A DNA stretch of 64,000 nt from Chrysomallon squamiferum (GCA_012295275.1 CM022665.1:45756001-45820000), one strand, 5' to 3'; counted from the stretch's first letter, positions 13,326 through 29,700 are shown. The notes: generated by a model not told the origin, from the sequence alone. A program made the numbers and translations.

Positions 13326-13528
13326 GTAAGTGTGTGTGTCCTGTCATTTGTTGTTGTTGTTCTTCTTCTTTTTTGCTTGCCGTCAGTTTTGACATTATAC
13401 AGACACATTTTTATAGTAAATTATATACACATATATATATGTAATTATTATTTGTGAATGTGTGTGTATGAATGTATATATATGTCTGTATATATACATA
13501 CATACATTCATATATATATGTTAATTCT

Positions 13529-13675
<147 letters not shown>

Positions 13676-14960
13676 GAATTAACGTTTTATAATCTTAATA
13701 TTGCATGCGTTATCACGTAATTACAATTTCAGTGTGCTTTTTATTCCTAATTAATACATTTTTTATATTTACAAATATCCATAATAATAATAACCGAAAA
13801 GCGACAGCTACCTAAAGTTTTCCAATCCGAATTTAAAAATCAGTGTATTTCACAGAGAGTATATATATATATATATATGTATATATATTTATATACACAA
13901 AAAAACTATTTCGTTTATTGGATGCAATAAATATTAAAAGAAAAACCAGAGGACGTCAGACATTTTAAAAGGCTGTATAAAGATACACACTGATACCCAT
14001 GTATTACGTATTTAGAACACTGCAACGCAATACAAAGCGAAGGAGATTACCTCGAAACCCAGAAGGTTTCTCTCTAAAAAAAAAAAAAAAATACGCTTAA
14101 AAATAAAATCTATCTCAGTCAATGGGAATCTGAGATTAAATATGCCTCAGAGTCAGAAGTTTAAAAAAAAAAAAAAATCCCCACTACTTCCAGCATAAAG
14201 ATACTGCCAAACCAGAATTATTGCATTTCTTGGGTTTAATTGGAGGTGCTAGGGAGTCTTGGGTTAAGGACGAGGGTCTGGCTGATATGAGTGGTGTGTA
14301 AACTGAAAGGGGATGCAAAGCGAAATCTTTATTTTTACAAGGAAACGCCCAGTGTCTTGATCATTTAGACTAATTAACTAAAAGCAGACACGAGATAGGG
14401 AACATCCTAACATGTTCTCTCATAAAAAGCAAGCAAGCAAAAAAAAAAAAGACACTCATAAAGCTTCATTTGTGGGAGGCCAGAATCTTTGGTTTTCGTG
14501 TTACCGTGTTTAAAACACCGCCCGTGAAAATAAACCTGGATTTGTTGTAACTATCTATCTCTCTCTGTCTGTGTCTGTCTATCCCTCTACGCATCTCTTT
14601 GTCTGTCTATCTGTCTATCTCTCTGTCTTTCGTTTCCCTCTCATTCGTCTGCTCTCTCTTTCTCTCTCTCTATCTCTCTCTGTCTTGTCTATATGTCTAT
14701 CTTTTTGCCTGTCTATATATACATACATATATACATAGATATGTTTGTGTGTCAGTTTGTCAACGTCTTTCTCCCACTCTCTCTTACTTCAGTATTCCTT
14801 TTTCTCTCAATCTTACACTCGCACGCGTTCATAGTCTTTGTTTCTTCCTAGCCATTCCTAATCTATATGTCTATCCATCCATCCATCCATCCATCCATCT
14901 TTCTTTCTTTCTATCCTTCTTTCTGTCTATCTATTTACCTATCTATTTATCAGTGCGTCT

Positions 14961-15048
<88 letters not shown>

Positions 15049-15370
15049 ATTTCGCTCTGGGCGTGGCTCGCGCGTACGTACACGTGTTTGAGAAAATTGC
15101 ATAAAGCACACATCATCACCCACGTCACTGGCAGTCCTCGCCACGATAACATCCGACGACTGAGAAATAAGTAATATCTGGGCGAGATAACCGTTGTCAA
15201 TTTTAAAAGGCGTTTTTGCAATATTACTTGATAAAACGCGCATCGCGTTACAGGCCCTTGCCAGGTAATTTACGGTAGACAGTTTTCTAGTACACCGGTT
15301 TGTTTGCCTTCGCGGAAGAGAAGTCAAAAAAATATTACCTCGTATGTAGATACGGCGGCAAGATGTTTAG

Positions 15371-15415
<45 letters not shown>

Positions 15416-15915
15416 TAGATTATTATTATTTAGATTATTATTATTTTTATTTTTATTATTATTATTATTACTACTACGACTACTATTATTATTACTATTA
15501 CTCTTATATTACTACGACTACTACTACTACCACTATTATTATTATTACTACTGCTATTACTACTAGTACTATTATTTGTTTTGTTATTATAATCATTATT
15601 ATTATTATTACTACTATTGCTACTACAACAACTACTATTACTACTACTACTATTATTATTATTATAATTTTTATTATATTACTACTACTATTATTATTAT
15701 TACCATTATTATTTCTATTAATACTACTCCTACTACTATATCAAATATTATTATTATTACAATTATTATTGATGTTAACATTATTATCGTTATCATCATT
15801 ATTATTATTACTACTCCTACTACTATAGCAACTGCTATTATTACTGCTATTATTATTACTACTACTACTACTATTACTATTATTATTATTATCATCATCA
15901 TTATCATTATTACTG
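15371..15915. repeat. Compound (TTA/CTA/TCA)n tract, representative of many in the window
   Basis: Direct inspection; similar tracts at 5220-5500, 18230-18420, 18880-19120, 24720-25030, 31050-31780, 38420-38740 and 45130-45430. Confidence 0.95.
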
Positions 15916-16301
15916 ACGAAATCCACCATAAAATATTTAAAAAACTCATTAAATATTTTCAGTAAATATAATTCTGTCTAAAAAATTAATAATATTTCAG
16001 TAAAATATGCATTGTTCAAAGAGCAAATATTTAATGTACTTACCATAATTTAGTCCTGATTTATTATTACTAACACTATGAGCTAATACTAATATTACAG
16101 TGTCATACCATTGGCTGATTATATCTTTATTTGTCAGTAATTTTATATCATCAACAAAAAACAGAAAAAGATATTTTTGTATTTAAAAAAAATCATAAGA
16201 AAAAATAAAACAAAGTAAAAAGAGAAACAAAATAAATTCATTTTTTCTGGTATTCTTTCTTTTTCTTATCCTTTTCTTTCTCATTATTTCTCAAATCTTT
16301 G

Positions 16302-16387
<86 letters not shown>

Positions 16388-16836
16388 GCTGTGTGTCTCC
16401 TTTTTTCCCTCTCTCTGTTTCACCGAGTGTAGTTTAGGAAAACGCCGCGACAAAGGATTGAAGGAACACACATGAAGCGAGTTTCGGAAAGCCAGTGGCA
16501 GAGTCGTTTAGAAAATGATCTCTTATTTGCCCTGTCAAAACTCATTTAGCCAGCTCCAAGAAACTGTCAAAAGCTTCGCTCAGATTGTTACAGACTCAAT
16601 TCTGATCGTGAGAATATGCTCGTTGTAAAAGACTCTCGGTTTTCTTGGCGAGAGAGAGAGAGAGCGTTGAGATCGTGTTTACTCGTTTTCAACGGTTACA
16701 CGACAAAACGGGTCTGCAACAATAATGTGCGGTAGCTTATAATTGTTTCTAAAGAACTGTTTGAAATATGGATTTTTTTTTTTTTTTTTTTTTTTTGCCA
16801 TGTTTCCAAGACCGGTTACTGGTTTACTGTTAACAT

Positions 16837-17458
16837 TAGAAAAGTATTTTGGAAAATAGTATTTTATTGACAGTTTATGAGTAGAAATATTTTAGAAAGT
16901 TGTATTTTTAATTACAGATATTTATTTTAGAAACTAGTATTTTAATTACGATTTTGTGTAGAAATAATTTAGACAGTAGTATTTTATTTATAATTAATTA
17001 TATGTAGAAGAATTTTAGAAAGTGATATTTTATAAATAATTAAATGTATAAGTATTTTAAAAAGTAGAATTTTATTTATAATTAAATGTATAAGTATTTT
17101 AGAAAGTAGCATTTTATTTATAATTATTTGTATGAGTATTTTAGAATATAGTATTTTATTTATAATTATATATAGAAATATTTTAGAAAGTCGTATTTTA
17201 TTTATAATAATACGTAGAAGTATTTTAGAAAGTAATATTTTAATTATCATTATATTTAGAAGTATTTTAGAAAATGGTATTTTATTTATAATTATGTGTA
17301 GAAGTAGTTCATAAAGCAGTATTGTTATTTACAGTTTTAAGTATTTTTAGAATGTAATATTTTTTTATGACGATTATGAATAATTTTAGAATTATGGTTG
17401 CTTTTAGAAAATGGTATTATTAATTAACATTAAGAAAAGTGTTTTAGAAAATATTTTG
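16837..17458. repeat. Degenerate ~42-bp AT-rich minisatellite, array 1
   Basis: Unit approx. GAAATATTTTAGAAAGTAGTATTTTATTTATAATTATATATA, over a dozen copies. Confidence 0.85.
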
Positions 17459-17719
17459 AATTATCTTCGTTTAGATGAGTTCAATTTAGATGAGTGTTTT
17501 AGAAAAATAATTGTTTATTCTTAAACAGTAATCATTTTAATTAGACATACTTGAAAGTAATGTTTGTAAACTGAATTCTTTAAGAAAACTGTGAAACTGT
17601 GAAATTGTTTTGGGAAATTGTTAAGAGTGGAACCTAAAATATTTTATCAATTTATTTTTTAAATAAACTTAAATATTTAGAATTTCAGAGAATCCAGTAT
17701 TATGAAAAGTAACGAGTAA

Positions 17720-17797
<78 letters not shown>

Positions 17798-18245
17798 CGA
17801 GTATACACCTTACTAGTATTAATAGTTATTTTTGCAGCTGAAATATACAATTATAAAACTGTTTGTTGTTTCATACTGATATTTTTTACAATTGTTTCCG
17901 GGTAATATTTACACAAAAACGTAAATTTTGTTATTTAAATTACGTTCTCAGTTTAATAAACAAAAAATAAAATGAAATTTAAGAAAATATAAAATTGTTA
18001 ACGTCCAAACGTGGTTATTCAGCTATTTGTTTCGTAGTTTACCATATTAAATAAATATATAAATAAATAATTAAATAAATAAATAAATAAATAAATAAAC
18101 AAACAAATAAATAATAATTAATTAATAATCTTTTAAGGAACTTCAGATGAAACTGTTATTGCTTTGTTCTCCTAAAATTAATATTACAGGTAAATGTTTT
18201 TAAGAGTATATTATTTAATATTATGATTATTACCATTACCATTAC

Positions 18246-18293
<48 letters not shown>

Positions 18294-18644
18294 TTTATTA
18301 TTATTATTATTATAATATTATTATTATTGTTATTGTTATTATTATTATTATTATTATTATCATCATCATTATTATCATCATTATTATCATCATTATCTTT
18401 ATCATTATTACTATTATTACATAGTATATTTAAACTGAAAGACTAAAGACATTGTTAACAAAGAAGTATTTTGATAAAGATCTATACCAAAAACTGGATT
18501 CAGTTGTTTTCTTACGTAAATATTTAAACATCTAGTCTGCTTCTGTTTTAAAATAAAAGACGAAACAACATTAACTTTCAGTAACAGTTTCAGAATTATA
18601 CTTACATTTCACTAATTTTCCTTATGATCTAACACATATGTTAG

Positions 18645-18720
<76 letters not shown>

Positions 18721-19015
18721 GTAATAATAGCAAAAGTAGCAATAGGATGAGGAAGAATAGGTATAGTATTATTAGTAGTAGTAATGAATATTTTAATAAT
18801 TATAATATATTAAAACGTCGATCATATAATTATATATTAGTATGATGTTAATCCATTAATTAATATTAATGTTTCAGTATCTGTTGATATTACTGTTACT
18901 ACTACTACTTCTCTACTACTACTACTACTACTACTACTAATACTAATACTATCATTAAAACTAATACTATTAATATTATTATTTTTGTTGTTATTATTAT
19001 TGTTATTGTTGTTAC

Positions 19016-19121
<106 letters not shown>

Positions 19122-19816
19122 GAATCGTTAAAAAGGCCCGCACTCACTATATTAGCAATTCTGTTTCGTTGTTTTGTTTGTTTCTCCATCGTTTCGCATA
19201 TCAGTTTTACGTGTCTAAAGCTGCTCTTTGTTTTGAAACTGAGTAAAACGTTATTCAATGAATAGTCTGTATTATACACGTATTACTGTTTATTCCAAAT
19301 CCTCATACTCTTGTTTAACTTTTACTTCTGTGAAATTCCTTTCGTGTCCAACAGCTTCAGAATGACTTATACTGTTGATTAAGAACGTTTTTTTTTTTTT
19401 TTTTTTTATGCATGTAGATATTTAAACTCTTTAATAGAAAATTAAATATATACTACTAAAATTATATTTAGAAAATTACGTATACATATATTAATTTTTG
19501 TTTATATTAACGTAATTTTCTGTTTATAATTTGATTAGTCGATGTTTTATTTACTATAAAATAGCTTAAATTGACTTTAAATTGTTTTAGTTGAATACTA
19601 CTACTAACGATAATGATATCTAGAATGGAAAATTAAGACCAGAAGTCTAAGATGAACTTTTTCATAAAAATTTCTAAAATATTTTTAACTTTATCAATAA
19701 ATAAATTTAAATTTAACAAAATAAAAATTAAAAAAATTAAAAATTAAATAAATAGTAAAACAAAAAATAACAAAAACAAGAAGAATAATAAATCAAAATA
19801 ACAACAAAACAACAAC

Positions 19817-19850
<34 letters not shown>

Positions 19851-19893
19851 CAGCAACAATAATAATAAAAAATCAACAATAAAAAACAACAAC

Positions 19894-19927
<34 letters not shown>

Positions 19928-20284
19928 CCTTTAAAAAATAATCCTATTTTATTTGAATTTCATTATTTTAAACAAAAAATAAATTTAAAAAAAAAAATTT
20001 AAAAAAAAATAATAAAAAAATTAAAATGCACAGAAGACTTGTGACACTTCTCTTGTAAACGTATTATTTGATTAAACTGCAATCTCTCTCCGGTTACGCC
20101 CTGCTTCATTGAAACACCCCGGGGGACAGACAAGGAAACGCTGAGTGCAACAAATAAAAGTTCGTCCTGTCTAATTGACTCCCAGATCAAAAAACTGAGA
20201 GAGATGTGTTTGGAGGGTGTGATGAGTTTTTTTTTTTTTTTTTTTTTTTTTGGGGGGTTTTCTTTTTCGAGAAATTTCCATCTG

Positions 20285-20370
<86 letters not shown>

Positions 20371-20830
20371 GGCGAATCATTCTTTTCGCCCCAGTCGGTC
20401 GTTATACTTGACTGTACTGAAGAAAAGAAGAAGAAAGGTGAAATTACGTTACCAGTCACGTCGAGTTCGACGTTTCGAGGTAAAGTCTCACTTTGTCCAA
20501 AGAGACGCTTTAATAGACCGTGAGAATGAAAAACGTGTTTTCTCCATCACGTACACTTTACCTGCTGCGATTGCCCTGGTTTGATCGGCTCGCCCTTGCA
20601 CTCCTTCGTCTTAATGTAGCTGTCACTGAGACGTGAAAAAAAAAACATCTTTGGGGGATTCAGAAATTTAAAAAAAAAAAATTAAAATCTGTCCAAATTA
20701 GGTTTCTGTGGACATGGTTGGGTTGGGAAAGTTTTTAATGAGTTAGTCAGGGGAAAGAGGTGTGATGCGTGACCGCGTTAGTCATACGTTGGTGGAAACG
20801 TGATTACATCAGTCATCCCAAAGGTTCAAA

Positions 20831-21093
20831 GCAGTATTTTATGTATAATTATGTGTTGAAGTATTTTAGAAATGGGTATTTTATGTATAATTATGTGTAG
20901 AAATATTTTAGAAAGTAGTATTATATTTATAATTATATATAGAAATAATTTAGAAAGTAGTATTTTATTTATAATTATATATAGAAATATTTTAGAAATG
21001 GGTATTTTATTTATAATTATATGTAGAAGTATTTCAGAAAGTAGTATTTTATTTATAATTATAGAATAGAAATAATTGAGAAAGTAGTATTTT
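20831..21093. repeat. Same ~42-bp minisatellite, array 2
   Basis: About 6 copies of the same unit, in the same orientation as array 1. Confidence 0.85.
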
Positions 21094-21649
21094 AAGTTAG
21101 TATGTTAGCAAACTGTCCTTAAAAGAAAGATATTTGATTAGAAGAGGTTTAGAGTTAGTGCGGTATAATGTTAACAAGAGGCAAACAAATAAAACGTATA
21201 TGCGATGATGATGTTTTTGTTTATTAAATTTTCACATGACAATATGTCCAGTTAAATTATTCATGAGCATTTTAAACTGATTTATTACTGTATCCAATCA
21301 TTTGAGAACATGCTTACTCCAAAATTTTAAACTTTCAGTTTTATCAGTACTGATGCTATAAGTTTATTTAGATATACGTACATTCCTTTACTATAGCTCT
21401 ACCGTATTCAAAGATTCGTATGTTATGACGTCATACGTATCGTAAATGGTTGCTAAGAGAGAAACTCTTGAACTGACACAGTAAGATTAGTATTAGTGGA
21501 TTAGTTAGAAAGAAAACAAGTCATATGACACTGAGGTCTGCTTGATGAGTTAAAGTGAGGGAATAGGCGGGTTCGAATGACGTTAGTAGAGCTTGCTGAA
21601 AAATTTCGTGTGAGTTTAAACAAAAACAACAGACGACAAATATTCAAAA

Positions 21650-21805
21650 ACGCTGTCGGTATCAAGACGCGATCTCGGTAGTTGTGAGCAACATGTCCAA
21701 AAACGTCTTTATCCACTGACACCGTCGTCTGTCCCCACGGACCTGGGAACGAACCCGCTAAACTCTCCTCAGAGACCAGCGAGTTGAACCTAAACGAAGC
21801 CAATA
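21650..21805 (-). mobile_element. tRNA-derived SINE-like relic
   Basis: Minus strand has A-box-like TGGCTTCGTTTAGG followed ~35 nt later by B-box-like GGTTCGTTCCC (21745-21755). No complete cloverleaf. Confidence 0.4.
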
Positions 21806-22878
21806 ACAAGCATGGGTCATTTGAATCGCACTAATTATGCACGTGCGGTCAGTTCGCTCTGGGTGAGTCCGTTTGAAGTTGTGTAGGGCGTGACTAAGAT
21901 GACCAGACGCCACGCCGTGCAGCACGTGGTTTGTTGCTGGGTGCCTGCAAGTCCGAGCCAATTTACTTCGTAAGAAGTGAGGTTTTTGACAATGCAAAAC
22001 ACTTGGAAGTGCTGATGAAAAATCCTCTCCTCTTGAAAGTTGTGTGCAGTAACCAAAAATGTGGAGTGAGACCTTTTGAAGTTCCCAATCACTTCATCAC
22101 TTTTACACGTGTTACCTTCACAGTAAATTTAAACATCAAAATGGCTTGTCACTTTTTTTTTTTTTTTTTTTTTTTCTTTTTTGTAAATGTATTCATTAAA
22201 TATAAAACTGAAATATAGCTAAAATAGATGTTTTTAAAAAAATTATTTTTACTGATTTTATTTGTTAGAAAATGGCTTGTCACTTTTTATTTTCATTTTT
22301 AAAATGTGTAATGAAACTATAGAATTGAGGGGTTTTCTTTTGTATAAAATTATCTTTATAAATTTTATTTATTAGAAAATCTTCGTGTAAATTTATATTT
22401 TATTTTGGAGACCGATTTAGTGAAGTTGATAAGTTGATTTGTTTTAATTACAAAATAATGTAGAACTCAGCAAATGTTTGTAATCGTAGTTTATTTAAAT
22501 AATATATTTCGCTTAAGCAGTTGGCGCTTTTGTCTTCATATTTTACACGAAAATATAAACCTAGAAGAACAAATATTTTATCTTTCTCTTCAATCTTCTT
22601 CTGTTATTTTCTACTTCTCCTTCTTCTAAATAATATTTTCTTTAAAAAAAAAATACAAATAAAAAAACTGAAAACATAATATTTGAAACATTTTCAAAAT
22701 TGCCAAAAAAAAAAAATAAAAAAAAATAAACACAACAAAATAGTTGCAATATATATTGTTTTTCCTTTTTCCTTTTATGTTTTATGTTTTACCTTTTATT
22801 TTTTTTTTTTTTTTTTTTTTTTTTTGTTCTTACTATTATTATTATTGCTGTTGCTGTTGTTATTATTACTATCATTAA

Positions 22879-22957
<79 letters not shown>

Positions 22958-23324
22958 TATTATTATTAATTATTTATTTATTTATTTATTTATTTTTTCA
23001 CTTTCTTTGCATGTACTTAAACATTAAAAAAAAAAAAAAAAAAGAATTTTAAAACAATTCTGGGTCACACTACTATACATATATATCCTTGCGGAAGCGA
23101 CACACATTCAGTGCAGAAAGTTATTATCTGTAAACAGCCTCACCCGCGGAGACAGTGTGTGATACAGACAGTTAATAGGGTCCCTCGGTGTGCAGTCCTT
23201 GCTCCGTGTCAGGGGAATTTTCTCAGATATTTCATCATCGTATTTCATAAACGAGATTTCTGATTCACACTGTGTTTTTTGCACTGTGTCTCGTATGAAC
23301 GATGTATTGTGTGTCTTTTAGCGG

Positions 23325-23720
23325 GTGACGTGGTTTATCGTTTTGCGTGCAATGAGTTTGAAACGTTGTTTGTCATTTGCGAACAATGTGTTTGTAACGT
23401 AGTTTATCGTTTGCGTACATTATGTTTGTAACGTAGTTTTAATTTGTGTACAGTACGCTTTTGTAACGTCGTTTAAAATTTGCGTATAATATGTTAGTAG
23501 TTTGGTTTATTATTTGTGTATAATATGTTTTTAAACGTAGTTTATTTTAATCTACAATGTGTTTGTAACGTAGCTTATTTTAATCTACAATATATTTGTA
23601 ACGTAGTTTATAATTTGCGTACAATATGTTTGTAACGTAGTTTATAATTTGCGTACAATATGTTTGTAAAGCAATTTATCATTTGTGAACAATGTTTTGC
23701 AACTTTACAGTCGTTTGCAC
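23325..23720. repeat. ~32-34-bp minisatellite
   Basis: Unit approx. TATGTTTGTAACGTAGTTTATAATTTGCGTACAA, about 12 degenerate copies. Confidence 0.85.
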
Positions 23721-24049
23721 AAAGAGATATATTTAAATTATTCTTTATAATATCAACAACACTTAATATTATATTAATTCAATGAATTATTTCAGTAATA
23801 TTTCGTACCTAATATTTAGATACGTATTTCATACACACAAGACAGAATTTATTGAAATACGTATGACTATTTAATTAATAAATTATTTGTCATGATAACG
23901 ACACAGTAACAGATATATAATGTAATGCCATATAATAATGTAATGTCCATTGTACAGCAGTAATTTTTAAATACATAAAGTAAATAATGTCTAGATATCG
24001 TATTAATTAATATATATAAATTTTGTAATGTAAACAAATCATATTTCAT

Positions 24050-24396
24050 CAGTATTCCCATAACTTACGTTTTACAAAAGCAATGTCGTCTGTATTATAT
24101 TTCTGTGGAAATTTTACCGGTTCTGAAACAGAAATATACTTTATTTTCACATACGTAACGCATACAATATTCCTATAACTTACGTATTATGTAAAATAAA
24201 AATAATATGGTCTACATGTGCATCACACTTCTGTAGTAATTTTACCGATGCTGTAATAGAAATGAGCTTTATTTTCACACTAGTAATCTGTGCAGTATTC
24301 CGTACAGTAAAAGTAGTGTGGTCTGTATAACACGTCTGTGGAAATGTTTACCGTTTCTGTAACAGAAACGTACGTTATTTTCACATACGTAATCTC
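24050..24396. repeat. Three diverged ~110-130-bp tandem copies
   Basis: Recurrent blocks: TATTCC..., TCTGTRGWAAT.TTTACCG.T.CTG.AA.AGAAA, TTATTTTCACA..GTAA. Confidence 0.75.
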
Positions 24397-24779
24397 GCTT
24401 GGTTATTAAAACACGTACACCTCAAACTTCTTTATTGTAATAAATTCTGTCATATTGTGATTGTGCAGTACGTTATCGCTAAAGCAGATCTACAATGTAC
24501 TCAGAGGAGATCTCGCAACTGAAGTGAAAACCTGTGATAATGTCTGGGAGTTCTTTCGTGTAATCACGAATAATCATTATTATAAAGAGGCTTTATATTC
24601 CGTTGTAGTCTAGAGAACTTTACAAGTATTGTGCATTGTGTGTGTCTGTCTGTTGCGTAAGCTGTATTACTTTTATTAAACATATCTTAATACTTTAAGT
24701 TGTTAAATTGATATTAATATCGTTATTGTTATTATTATTATTTTTATTATTATTATTACTACTACTACTGTTATTATTA

Positions 24780-24810
<31 letters not shown>

Positions 24811-26314
24811 GTTATTATTTATAATACTACTACTACTGTTATTATTATTATTATTTTATTATTATTATTATTGTTATTATTATTATCATTAATTTATTGT
24901 TTAGTAAAAAAAAATATTTGTGTTATTAATTGCATTATTTGTTATAGTAGTAGTAGTAGTAGTAGTAGTAGTAATAGTAGTAGTAGAAGTAGTAATAGTA
25001 GTAATAGCAGCGGTAACAGTAGTAGTAATAATCAATCATTTACAAATCTTCTGAACATGAATACTATTTTTATTTTTTATTTTTTAATCTTGATATTTAC
25101 ATAACTAAAAAAACTGGCAACAAAAATATTAAAGAAAATATCTTTCAAAATATCCTTTATTTCCCAAACAGCTCATTTTAGTAAGCTGATACCTCTTTTC
25201 CTTATTTTTCCTGCTTCTTTTCTCTGTATCTCTTTCTTCCTGTTATTCTTGCTTTCAGAAGTTAAGATCTTTTTTCTTTTTTTCTTCCATCTTTCTTTCT
25301 TTCTTTCATTCTTGTTCTTTAAAAAAAAAAAAAAAAAAAAAACAAACATAAAAAATATAAAAAATACGTAACTAATTATGATATAAACAACTTCGAGATT
25401 GTTTCTCTGTGTCAAACGCCACGTGAGAAGATTTTCACGCATTCCATCATATTTCTGAACCTCTTGCTCCTAATGCCCCCTAAACAAAATACGGAATTAT
25501 CACGTATTTCCAGTTATGATTGGCCCTCTACGCTTTGCTGATAAGACATAATTACATGAAATATCTTCTTGAAAATTGGCCTCCTCCCTTCGCGCAGTCA
25601 GCGGTAAAAAAAAAAAAAAAAAAAAAAAAAGAACGAAACGAACGACTATGCTCCCTTTTCAACGTTACCGACTCGTCAGATCGCGTCCGTCGTTTAGACC
25701 TTATCGTAGTCTCGATAACCGAATGCGACCGTTTAGTCTTTATCGCGGCGATAACCTCGCGCAACAATAAATAAACTCGTGTGTGCTGCTGTGATATTCG
25801 AGGCTGCAATATTTCTCTGCAGCAGGAAGCTGTTTGACACCGGGTTCAAAACAATTACTGTCAAAGTCGGATCAAGTTTCAAAAGAAGCGAACTGTTTCT
25901 TCGTCAAAAATTATTACTTTATGAGTTTAGAAAATAAATAATAATCATGTGGGTGTGCAGAGGTTATTATTATTGCATAATAAATGGCGGAATTTCCTTC
26001 TTTTTTTTTCCTCTTTTTTTCTTTTTTATTTAACATTTTGATAAAGTTATCGTAATTTTTTTTTTTCCTGTCATTTGTAAACTGAAATAATGACATTGTG
26101 GCAAATAATTTGATTGTTGAAGACTTGATTATTTTGTAATACAGAATTAGAAAGTTAAAGAGAGAGACAGAGAGGAAAGGTGATCTTGAAATAAAAATAA
26201 ATAAGAAGTAAAACTCTTAGTGTAATATAAATAAGAGAAATAAATAAACCAGAGATAAAGAAGCAAATTTTCTAATTTGAAAAAAATAATCTTTCTTAGA
26301 CTGTTGTCTTCATG

Positions 26315-26424
<110 letters not shown>

Positions 26425-26425
26425 T

Positions 26426-26457
<32 letters not shown>

Positions 26458-26787
26458 TTCATTATTATTATTATATATTTTTATTACTTATCGTTTTATA
26501 AATGATTTTTAAAAATTATTTTGTAATTTGCAACTCGCAGACTACAATAGATCTGTACATGTTTGTTTTCATATTTGTGAGAAATTATTTCTGTGTTTAT
26601 CTATAAACAATAACATTCACATACTCACACACATTCATTATACAAATTCACAATACGCAAGTTACTGTATAAAACGGACTACATTCCGGATCATGTATGT
26701 GAAAATACTAACGTATTCACTGCGGTATCATTAAAAAAAAAAAAAACACGCAACACAATATTTGTATACGTCTATCAATAAAAACAA

Positions 26788-26826
<39 letters not shown>

Positions 26827-27778
26827 CAAAAAAATAATACTTATATATATTATTGTTTTTATAGTTGTCGTTGTTATTATTATTATTATTACTCTTGTTG
26901 TCATTATTGTTTGTTTCATATATAATGAAAATATTAAATTAATTCATAATGGATGTTATTTTAAAATAATAGTCTATAAAATGTTTTTGGCGGTTGTCTT
27001 TTTAATTTTAATTTGTTTTTATTTTTATTATTATTATTTTATTGTTACTGTTTCTGTTTTTATTTTTGGACGGTTTTCCGTTTGTCTATTTATTTTTCTT
27101 TATTTTATTTTATTTTAATTTATTTTATTTTATTTTATTTTATTTTATTTTTATTTTTATTTTTATTTCATTTCATTTCATTTTTATTTATTTATATTTT
27201 ATTATTGTTAGGTTTGATTGTTTTTTGTTTTTATTTTTTGTTTTTGTTTTTGTTCTGGTTTTTTATGGATTTTTTTTTTTTTTTTTTTTTCACTTTTAGG
27301 GTGAACTTCCGCAATTATTTATTTACTGTTCACTTCTGTTTCGGGGGCAAATTTCTCATCTTTTTTTTTTTTTTTCCTTTTTTTTTTGTTTTTACATGTT
27401 GCTATATGGATGGTAGACTTTAGTTTCCTGGATATATTATTTTTTTCAAGTCAGTAAATAGTTATTTATAATAATAAAAATATAAATATATGTGTACTTA
27501 AAACAGGCTGAATATGTAACAAAACAGATACTCAAATATTAAAATATTTTAATTTGTTTGTACTTCTTCTAAAACAACAACAAAGACACCAAAACCCATA
27601 ACTACAACAGTTACTACTAATACTGCTACCACTATCATTAAATTAATTTTATTTATGTTGCTATTGTTATTTTTGGTTTAGATTTCAGTATATTGGATGA
27701 AACAAAAATAATATTATGTTTCTTTATTATTATTTTTATTTTATTTTATTTTTTATTTTTTATTTTTTTTTTTTTCAG

Positions 27779-27851
27779 ACCGTCCACAGTCCTACCTACT
27801 ATGATAAAATGAACCACGTAAACGGGGAGGTTACCAGTAACTATGGCAACG
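27779..27851 (+). CDS. myoD: MyoD coding exon 2 (73 nt; TVHSPTYYDKMNHVNGEVTSNYGN-G)
   Basis: Long T tract + TTCAG| acceptor, open in phase 0, donor ACG|GTAAGT in phase 1. It supplies exactly the phase change needed to join exon 1 (phase 0) to exon 3 (phase 1). Confidence 0.9.
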
Positions 27852-27970
27852 GTAAGTGCCTCTTTATAATTATGACATAAAAGGGTTTTTTTTTTTTATC
27901 TTTTTTTTCCCCGTGGAGTGTGGGACAATTTCTTTTATTAAATTGTTCTAGGTAATTTCTTCTTCTTCTT

Positions 27971-28026
<56 letters not shown>

Positions 28027-28096
28027 CGTTGTTGTTGCTGTTGTGGTTGTTTTGTTGTTGTTATTATTGTCATTATTATTATTATTACTGTTGTTG

Positions 28097-28130
<34 letters not shown>

Positions 28131-28969
28131 AACGATAAATAAATTTTTTATTATTATTATTTAATTATTTATTTATATTTTAAGGAATATAGTAATGGAT
28201 TTAAAGATTATGCAGTTAACTAAAAAAAAATTGCTTTTATAAATCTATTTGCTTACATAAACAGATTAAAACAACATATTATAATTATAAGAAATTAAAT
28301 TCGAGATACTAAACAGCTAAAGTATTGGGATGTAGAACTGTTAAAAAAAAAAAAAAAAAAACCTGCACATGCATTTCGTGCTCATCTTCTTAACTTCAGT
28401 AAATCTAATTATCGTTCTGTATATAGCCGCTGTCAGTGTTGTTATTTTAATAATTAAAAAATATACACAGATTCTTTATTTAATTTAAATTTAGTAATTT
28501 AATATGGTTTTAATGTTTCACTAAGAATAATTATTTTTGTTGGTGTCTTTATTTTATGAATAATAATAAAATCGAAAATTAAGATTCCCGCTTCAAAATT
28601 ACGATTATTTTATACAAATATTAGTTTCTGAGGACGTTATTGTGGTTTGAATTTTTTTTCTTCGTCTTAGGAACAAACGGAAAACAAAACCTATGTTTAC
28701 TGTCACAGATACATTAAAAACAATAATATCAGATAATAAATAAATAAATAAATAAATAAATGAGTAGGCAAATACGTAAGTAAACTGATTTACTTTACTA
28801 CACTTTATTTTAATTTCATTTCATTTAAATTAATTTAATTTAACTTCTGTATGTAAATAATACTTATCAAATGAAATGGAAAGCAAATAACAACATAATA
28901 CACATCGCACTTAATAAATAAATAAATAAATAACAATTATATTAATAATAATAATAAAATAAAATTAAA

Positions 28970-29000
<31 letters not shown>

Positions 29001-29013
29001 TAATATTAACAAT

Positions 29014-29049
<36 letters not shown>

Positions 29050-29066
29050 TATTTATTTATTTCTTC

Positions 29067-29101
<35 letters not shown>

Positions 29102-29700
29102 AATTACTTTACTTTATTTTACTTAAACATTTAAACTCAAGAGCCGTAAAACAAAAACTAATACAAACGCATCCGTTTAAACAGTTAAAGATCCATAAGC
29201 AAACTTCGTTCTCACTTGATGCGTAAATACACAAATATAACTAATACAAGATATATAAAGTGAAAACTGCATAAGATGATGTGTGAAACGAGGCATGGTG
29301 AAGGCAACTATTTTGGCTGCGGCAAAGGTAAACATAATGGATGACTGAAAACCAGTCTATCGCGGAGAGAGCGAAAACAAACATGCGCAGTAAACCGCAA
29401 CTCGATCGCTCGAAAGTTTACATCTTAGCGAAGGTTTTTTTTTTTCTTTCTTTCTTTCTTTCAAAATAAAGCTTTGCCGATTAGTCTGTAAATAATGGGA
29501 AATCCGCGGGTGGCCATAATAAATACACTTGATAATTAGAAATAGATGTGAATTAGGGTTGATGCGTTGATAGCAGAAGCGAAAAAAAAAAAGTGTTTAT
29601 GATTGCACGAATTACTGCGGTGTTGTTTTTTTTTTTTAAACCTTTTTAATTTGTTCCTTTTGTGTGCGCGTATATGTGACTATATATGAGTGTACATGTG

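Noticed and set aside
12042-13444. Long overlapping ORFs on both strands (12042-13247 -, 12275-13444 +, 12646-13395 -, 13007-13288 -)
   Set aside because: Shadows of the GC3-rich MyoD exon; stop-poor alternative frames with no recognisable domains.
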